From Chrysochromulina tobinii (Eukaryota), in contig JWZX01003109.1 in the NCBI GenBank assembly GCA_001275005.1, positions 1-41,453 of the forward strand: a stretch of 41,453 nucleotides of DNA, read 5' to 3'. How positions within the stretch are numbered: position 1 is the stretch's first letter; each line of letters opens with the position of its first letter. Positions 34,499 to 41,453 of the stretch are shown here, piece by piece. The notes under the pieces are model-generated. The model did no database searches. It saw only the letters and a list, made by a program, of their open reading frames with translations, and was not told the origin of the DNA. The position numbers and the translations under genes are program-made.

Positions 34499-34943
34499 GC
34501 AGCAGGCGCTAGAGCCGCTGGAGCGCTGGGTTTACAAGCCAGCGGCATGGCAGCAGCAGCAGGAGCAACAGCAGCAGCGGCAGCCACAGCCGCTGCAGCC
34601 GCCGCCACCACCGCAGCCGCCGCCACCGCCGCCGCAGCAGCAGCCTCTCGACGAGGCACGCGAACAGATGTTCGAGGAGCTCTGTTCGTATCATTTGGAC
34701 CAGGCGCCCGCGACGACGCTCGAGCGGCTCTACGGCTTGTGGGGAGTGGAGGACGAGGCGTCGGCGGAGGTGCAGATGCTCAGCTTCGCCGCTTGCACCT
34801 CGCTCCCAGCCTTTCAGCGCTCACTCGCGCTCGGAAAACTCAAGACGAGCGAGCGGCTCGAGTACGTGCGCTCGTGCGTCGAGCGCGCCGCCTCCCATCT
34901 CGCTGCCAAGGCGGCGATCCGCAGCGCGTTCGCGAGTGCGTGA
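33762..34943 (+). CDS. LON peptidase substrate-binding (N-terminal)-like domain protein with poly-His/Gln/Pro insert
   Basis: Leader peptide; LPLL..LLLPGESRRMVV, AQIDVLAVGRVHIERV and C-terminal LSFAAC..QRSLALGKLKTSERLEYV resemble LON_substr_bdg. (CAT)11 at 34464-34496. Confidence 0.6.
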
Positions 34944-35069
34944 GGACTGGGCGTGCTTGGGCGTGTGCTTCCCTGACCGTGATCGGGTGTCCCATAATAG
35001 GCACTCATCAAGGCGATTCGTCAATTTGTCGAAGAAGTGACGAAAAAGGCGTCTGTCATCATCATACAC

Positions 35070-35698
35070 ATGCAAGCCTTTCTCGCACTCTTCTTCGCTC
35101 TCCTCTCGGTCGCCAACGGTGAGCCTCGCATGTTAACCCATTTGCAACGAGCGTTGACAGACCGCTCCCGGGCGGGTCACGCCCTTTCCCAACCATCTTC
35201 CCTCACGTCCCATGAGCAGCGCGCGCGCTCAAAATCTCCCTCGAGCAATGTGAGGGGCATCCCCGTTGAGCCATGTTCACATATACGCCTCCCGTTGCGT
35301 GTGCCGCAGGCTTTGTGCTCGCTCCATTCGTTGCGCGCGCGCCGACGCGCGCCGCCTCCATCCCGATGATGGGCGTCGAGGATGCCGCCGCCAAGTGCCT
35401 CGAGGAGGAGTGCTCGCTCGACACCATCGACGACCTGATCGCCGAGTTGACGAAGGAGGTCTCGTCGATGACGATGACCCTGCCGCTCTCCCAGCGCCAG
35501 CGCTCGGTTCTAGCGACGCTGCAGCAGCTCAAGACCATCGGCTCGAAGGCCGACAAGGGCACGCTCCAGGCGATCATCGAGGCCGCTGCACGGAGCTTCG
35601 CCGTGGTCGAGAACTTCAACTTCCCGGGCGAACCGCTTGGGTACACGGGCACGGTGGGCACCCAGACCATCGCGGGCCGTGTCTTCGACAAGAAGTGA
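35070..35698 (+). CDS. Small hypothetical plastid-targeted protein; intron 35119-35309
   Basis: MQAFLALFFALLSVAN|GFVLAPFVARAPTRAASIPM is a bipartite-type leader (signal peptide, F at +1, Arg/Ala transit). Mature region begins AAAKCLEEECSLDTIDDLIAEL. Confidence 0.7.
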
Positions 35699-36286
35699 GG
35701 CACTTCACCCCCGGTTTCATGTCGGAGATCCAGATACAATCTGGACCGATCCCCACTGATCTGCCGTGTTGGGACCTTCCCTTCCGGACCGTTACGCGTA
35801 CCATCCTCAAGGACGTTCCTGAGGCATGCGCCCTCACGGCATTGGGAGGACGAGGAGTGCACCCCACGCGCATGACGGTAAGCGTCTCGGCGATGGAGAG
35901 GCGAGAGCAGCGGAGTTTGCACGTGTCCGGTCCTCAGTGGAGGTGCTTGACGAACGTGGATGAGTATAAATGAGTATTCTTCGGGTTAACTGTGGACTCA
36001 CGTATTGAGAGATATTTATAACTCAACAAGCTCCAACCAATTTGCGGGACCCCTGAAGTACGGTTGGGGAGTTTGAATCGGAGATGCCCGCTTGAGTGTG
36101 TGGTACACACGCCCCACCCGCACCCCCAGCACACGGACTCAGCGACTCACCATATGCGACGCGACTGCTGCGTGGCAGTGTTTCGTTCGGTGGTCGTTCG
36201 CGTGTGTCGATTTCTCTCCTACCAGAGGGAAAAGAGGGAAAACCCTTTCACAGTGTGAGGTGTGAAACTTTGCTTTGGTGTGGAGG

Positions 36287-38507
36287 ATGTCCCCCTGGAA
36301 GGTGACGTCTTGGACCGTTGGTGTGATCTGCATCCTCCTCGTGGCTGTGGACTGGTCGGCCAGCAGCGTCTTGGTGCAGGCCATCTTCACGGCCGAGAAT
36401 TTCAATAAACCTGTCTTTCTCACGTGGCTTGGCAACAGCCTGTTCGCGGTGCTCATTCCCATCAAGCTGCTTCTGGACGCTGCACGCCGACGGATCGGTA
36501 CACGATATTGTGCTGGCCGCTCCGAGAGCGAAGATCCGAGTGTGGTCACCATGCACGCGGCGTGCGAGAGCCATGGTGAGCGTCCATACGAGCCGCCGAG
36601 GACCATAGCGGCATGGTATTTTTCGGCGCCCGTGCAACGGGCTGCACGCGCGGGCGCGATGATCGCTCCCATCTGGTTCGCGGCGAACTGTACGTACAAC
36701 ATTTCGATGTCGCTCACGTCGATCACCTCCTCCACGGTCATCTCCTCATCCTCCTCAGCCTTCACCCTCCTTCTCTCCGTCCGTTGGCTCGGCGAGGCAC
36801 CAACGCCCCTCAAGCTCGTCGGCGTCGGTCTGTGCTGGCTTGGCAATGGGCTCACGGCCCTCAAGGACAGCGACTTCGAAGGTGGCGGCAGCGGCGGAGG
36901 CGGCGGCGGAGGCAGCGTCGGCGTCGGCGGCGGCGGTGGCGACGGCGGTGGCGACGGCGGCAGCGGCGAAAGCGATAAAGGTGGGCCGAGCCATTCATTC
37001 ATAGGTGACGCGGTCTGCCTGCTGGGCGCTGTGCTGTATGCCGTGTACACGGTGCTGCACCTCCGAGCTCGAGCCGACCAGGCTGATGGCCCCTGATGGC
37101 GCCTGATGGCCCTCAATTGCCCTTGATTGTCCTTGATTGCCCTTGATTGCCCTCAATTGCCCTTGGTTGCCCTTGATTGCCCTCGATTGCCCTTGATTGC
37201 CCTTGATTGCCCCCGAGTACAGGTGCTCATCCGCAAGCTCGAGCCGCCCGACCTGTCCCTCTTTTTTGGCTTCCTGGGGGTGACGACCTTTCTCCTGTTT
37301 GGGCCTCTGATCGCGCTGCTGCATGTGACCGCGGTCGAGGACGTGAGTGCGCTCACATTCACGGTGTTTGGGCTCATTGTTCTCAAGGTGGGCTGGCTAA
37401 TGATGGCTGCTTGCTTGCAGCTGCTTGCAGCTGCTGGCTTCTGATGGCCATTGACGACCACTCCTGGCTACTGCTGCTCATTGATGGCCATTGGATGTGA
37501 TGGGATGTCGAGCTGACGCTCACGGCTATGTGTGTCGTCTCCTTGCGATCTGATAGCGTGCTCTGAATACCCTTGATGAAGACCGTTCCCCCTGTGAATA
37601 CCCTTGATGAAGACCGTTCCCCCTGTGAATACCCTTGATGAAGACCGTTCCCCCTGTGAATACCCTTGATGAAGACCGTTCCCCCTGTGAATACCCTTGA
37701 TGAAGACCGTTCCCCCTGTCAATTGCCCCAGGGTCTCCTCGATAATGTACTCTCGGAATACCTGTGGGCGACTGCAGTGCTGCTCACCTCTCCTAGCGTG
37801 GCTACGGTTGGCCTCGCGCTCACGGTGACGCTCGCCACTTCAATTGCCGTCGATGACCTCTGATGACGATTGAGGCTCGATGCGTCTCTGATGACCTCTG
37901 ATGACCTCTGATGACCTCTGATGACCTCTGATGACCTCTGATGACCTCTGATGACGATTGAGGCTCGATGCGTCTCGATGCGTCTCGCTGACTGGCTTCC
38001 TGATTGCGACGCTGATTGCGACGCTGATTGCCTCGCGCGAGTGCTCCTGCGCGTGTCAACGTCGCCTCTTGCAGGTGCCGATGAGTATACCCTTGATTAC
38101 GCATGAGTACTCTTGATTACCCTGAGTGTCACCGTCGCCCCTTGCAGGTGCCGCTCGCCATCGTGTCCGACCTTGTCCTGCCTCGTGCATGGCTCGTCGA
38201 TCCACAAGCGCCACGAGTGACCTCACTCGCCGCCGCCGCCGCCGTCATCGCCGGCTTCATCGCCATCAACTGTGCGGCGAAGGCCGAGGATCGCCGGACC
38301 GAGCGCGCGGAACACGAAGGCGATTGCGACATGTGCTTGTGCCAGTGGACGGGCACGCGAGTGCCGTTACTTGGACGGCGCGCCGACGACGGCACGCTTC
38401 GGCTTGCGCCCAACGCGCCCGCCTCGGACGCGCCCGATATGGCGCCCGACGCATGCGCACCGTCAGTGATCAACTATGGCACTATTCGCCGGGACTCTAG
38501 TACCTGA
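36287..38507 (+). CDS. SLC35F/EamA (DMT superfamily) transporter, Thi74/SLC35F5-like; introns 37052-37222, 37388-37731, 37825-38147
   Basis: FNKPVFLTWLGNSLF, IWFAANCTYNISMSLTSITSSTVISSSSSAFTL, GDAVCLLGAVLYAVYT|VLIRK, FFGFLG, K|GLLDNVLSEYLWATAVLLTSPSVATVGLALT|VPLAIVSD. Confidence 0.9.
37564..37718 (+). repeat. Intronic minisatellite, 31-nt unit x5 perfect copies
   Basis: TGAATACCCTTGATGAAGACCGTTCCCCCTG repeated head-to-tail without spacers just upstream of the acceptor at 37731. Confidence 0.95.
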
Positions 38508-38614
38508 TCACGGGGAGGTGGGAAATAACCACAATCAAACAGATCTGGAGAGATCGGTATCCGAAAAGGTTTTTCTATTCATAGAAGATCGTCGCTGTGA
38601 AGAGAAGACAGAGA

Positions 38615-40682
38615 ATGGCGAGACTGGCCCTTCTGACTCTTCTCGTTGTCGCCGCCGCCGCACTATCACGACAGCCGCTCTCGCGCTTCAATACGCTTCC
38701 ATGCGTCGGCACCGTCGCCAGCGGCTCGCGAGAGCTCCTTGTAATCGGCACCGCACACACGCCATGCAGATCATCTGCCGAAGTGTCGGCGCTCATCGCT
38801 CAATCGCGGCCAGACGTCGTGATCATCGAGTTGGATCAGGAGCGCCTAGAATGCTTGCTGCGCACGGACGAGCAAGGCAACGGCGAGCAGCTGCGGTACG
38901 GCGCCGACTTTGCTGCAGCTGTGCGCGGCGCGGCCGAGCTGGGCGTGCCCATCGTGCTCGGCGATGCCAAGGCAAGGGACTTGGTCGCGAGGCTGCGCGC
39001 GGCCGGCGCCGTCGCAGACGGCGAGCGCCTGTGGCGTGCCGTGCAGCTTGCTCTCAAGGGTGGGCGAATCACGGACGGGGTGCGTGCTTCGTACGTGAAC
39101 GTGGCGTCGAGCTTACGCGACGACCCGGCAAAGATGCTGCCGCTGCTCGCGGGGGTGTGGTGGACGGTGCTGCTCACCGGCCTATCCGGCCTCGCCACAG
39201 CGCCTGCCTTGCCCGTCGGCGCCGACGAGGCTGGCGTCATCCCGTGGCTCGCGACCGCGGCAATGGAGCTCTCCGCATTCGGCGGCGCGCTCGTGCTCTT
39301 GCTGTGCGTGCGCGTGTTGGATGAGCTGCTGCTAAGAAGAGACGAAATCCTCGCTGCGAGTACGCTGATTGCCACTGATTGCAACTGATTGCCATTGATT
39401 GATGCTAAGAAGAGACGAAATCCTCGCTGCGAGTACGCTGATTGCCACTGATTGCAACTGATTGCCATTGATTGATGCTGAGACGAGACGAAATCTTCGT
39501 TGGGAGTACACTACTCGCTCGACCACCACTAATCGCCGCTGATCGCCAATGATTGCCATTGATTGCCACTGATTGCCTCTGATTGCCACTGATTGCCACT
39601 GATTGCCACTGATTGCCAGTGATGGCCTCCCTCGTTGCATGCAGGTGCGCTGCGAGGGCTTGAGCTCGCGCGCGGCCTGCGAGACGGCCGGCTGCTGCGC
39701 CGACGCTTCACCTTCTCGACGGACCCGACGCTCGTCGCTCGAGCGCCGCTGGATTGCCAAACCCCCATCTTCACACCCTTCTTCACCGTGCGCCAGCCGG
39801 CTCGCTTTGGAGCGCCGTCTCCACAGTCGGCGTGCACGCGTGCGCTCACCACGGCGCCTTGCCCTCCTCCGTCCCCACACACAGGTGCGTCGGCCGCTTC
39901 GCGCGGGCGAGGAGCGCCGTCTCAACCTCTTCGAGCCTCGCTGGCTTGCGCTCCTCGATAGCCTCGCCGCCTCCACGGCGGCTTCCACAGCGACTTCCGT
40001 TCGGCGCGAGGCGACGGGCGCTGCGGCGGGCGCCGCATGCGGTTGCGGCGAGCAGGCCTTGTCGTCCTTGCTCGTGGACGCGTCGTTTGGGTGCGTCTTT
40101 GCGGTGAACGAGCAGTCCGTGCCGGTGCCGGTGGCGGTGGCGGCCTCGGGATTCGCGGAGGGCGTGGGGGGAGTGGGGGGAGTGGGGGCGAGCAGTACGC
40201 GGATCGACGACGTGGTCATTCCTCGAGTTGGACGGCGTGCGCGCATCGTGCGCATCGAGGAGGGCGTGCGCCCAGTCACAGGCGCTCGCCGGCTCGTTGT
40301 CTGGCTCGTGGGCGAAGAGCCTCTCGCCATCGACGACCGAACGCTCCACCCGACGGGCGGCGGTTACCTGAGCGCCGTGGCGACGCCATGCGACGAGGCG
40401 GCCTTTGAGATCGCCCACGGGCCGATCGCCGACGCGCTCGATGGCGGAACTCGGGCGATGCCGGAGGTGGCGGGCGACGCGAGTGGCAGCGTGGCGGGCG
40501 ACGCGAGTGGCAGCGTGGTGCGTGCGCTGTTAGTGGTCGGCCTTGCCCACGCAAACGGGGTGCTCGTGCGCGTCGCGGACCAGCGGATGCGCCCGCCACA
40601 GCGCCAGCCTCTGTATTTCGACGAGCGCGCTGGTGGCGGCGCGGACGACGAGCTCGAGCCTGGCTGGGTAGGCTGGTCTTAG
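38615..40682 (+). CDS. TraB/PrgY-family protein with inserted TM segments and a LON-N-like domain; introns 39360-39644 and 39788-39884
   Basis: Signal peptide; ELLVIGTAH, RPDVVIIELDQERL, IVLGD, LLLRRDEILAAS and final LLVVGLAHANGV (TraB motifs). PFFT|VRRPLRAGEERRLNLFEPRW resembles the LON_substr_bdg start. Confidence 0.72.
39330..39512 (+). repeat. 73-nt tandem duplication of exon end, donor and intron start (2 exact copies plus 1 degenerate partial copy)
   Basis: Units start at 39330, 39403 and 39476 (TGCTAAGAAGAGACGAAATCCTCGCTGCGAGTACGCTGATTGCC...). Confidence 0.9.
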
Positions 40683-41109
40683 GAACAGGAAGAAACACGC
40701 CGCACCAAAACGGCCTAGACGACCGGCGCGAGCTCGAGCAACATCAAGCGTCACCCAACGAAGCCAAATCCCTACGAACAGCTGCATAGGGTCCCTATGT
40801 AACGGGCAACTCGTACTCGAAAGACGCGGACGAATCGGACGTCAACCGCGAGAAGCAACCGTAAAACCGCGAAACGCGGGCCCGCTACGGCGTACGGGGC
40901 CGCGCGGAGCGATCCGCGTCCGGTCCGGGGAGTTTGTCTTATCGAAGAATCGTAGCCGCGTAGGGTCGAAGGCATGGTCGAAGGACGAACAACATAGGAC
41001 GAAGCGGTCGTGTTAGGACCGGCTAAAAACTCATAACCGAAAACCAAAACGAAACGCTAAGGTCTCGTTTTGTCCGCACAGATTGAAGCAGAGCATCGCG
41101 GCCGCCACG

Positions 41110-41453
41110 TCACAACGACGCAACGGTGATCGGAGGGTCGAGCGTGGCGCGCCGCTCGGGCTTGACGTTCGCATGGCCGTACACGCAGTGGCGACAGCCG
41201 CTGCCACAACAGTAGCCTCGCTGCTCCGAGGCCAGCTGCGTGAAGACGGTGTAGCCAGTGCTCGGGTCAGTGTAAGTCAGCTCGCGCTTGCGGACCGCGC
41301 ATGCATGCGCTTCCATGATGCATGCGTGCGCCTCCTCAATGTCGCGCAGCGAGCTGGCGCCCGGGACTGCACCGCCAACGGCGCCTGCGTCGGCGCCCGC
41401 GCCCGCGACGGCGCCCGCGTCGGCGCCCGCGCCCGCGCCCGCGACGGCGCCCG
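41110..41453 (-). CDS. DUF5522/C1orf53-like Cys-rich protein, 5' end outside the window
   Basis: DIEEAHAC, TYTDPSTGYTVFTQLASEQRGYCCGSGCRHCVYGHANV. The frame stays open to the window edge. Confidence 0.82.
   Translation of the reverse strand, partial: GAVAGAGAGADAGAVAGAGADAGAVGGAVPGASSLRDIEEAHACIMEAHACAVRKRELTYTDPSTGYTVFTQLASEQRGYCCGSGCRHCVYGHANVKPERRATLDPPITVASL

Noticed and set aside
35119..35309. Intron of the small plastid protein as a member of the duplication-flanked class
   Set aside because: No exon copy, array or shared cassette; it looks like an ordinary intron and is a useful negative control.
37564..37718. 31-nt repeats of CRISPR-like length
   Set aside because: Head-to-tail with no spacers, inside a spliceosomal intron, and no cas genes: a minisatellite.
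1..41453. Hundreds of overlapping Arg/Ala/Pro-rich ORFs
   Set aside because: Expected from high GC and stop-poor alternative frames of real genes; no independent motifs.
1..41453. Prokaryotic operon, defence system, rRNA/tRNA or autonomous transposon
   Set aside because: Spliceosomal introns and eukaryote-specific genes throughout. No RT, transposase, integrase or structural-RNA signature was recognised, so any enzyme behind the intron pattern is not encoded in this window.

Overview
Eukaryotic, GC-rich, gene-dense nuclear DNA, most consistent with a haptophyte alga (Chrysochromulina/Prymnesiales-like). This is an inference from intron style, AP2-like and ankyrin families and bipartite plastid-targeting leaders. 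About 17 protein-coding genes can be reconstructed, with 26 hand-called GT-AG introns: GST, glucosidase I (GH63), a HAD-hydrolase/cyclase fusion, an IQ/EF-hand membrane protein, an ERV-thioredoxin (PDI-C) protein, an 11.4-kb CHD-type remodeller, an ankyrin protein, glutaminase A, MsrA, an SLC35F transporter, a TraB/LON-N fusion, a DUF5522 protein and several hypotheticals. No rRNA, tRNA, CRISPR or intact transposase gene is visible. The main signal is in the introns. Many begin with a copy (exact to about 80% identical, up to about 55 nt) of the first bases of the next exon, so the GT donor appears to be duplicated exon sequence. They end in one of two recurring acceptor modules. Most are filled with sense-oriented ~10-nt arrays of branch-point-like motifs. 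Some are stacked, with AG|GT zero-length exons. Separate (GTGAAT)n tracts are each flanked by direct repeats. Together this looks like an intron-generating insertion system with long, variable target-site duplications, captured at several ages. All gene models are by eye and need RNA-seq confirmation.
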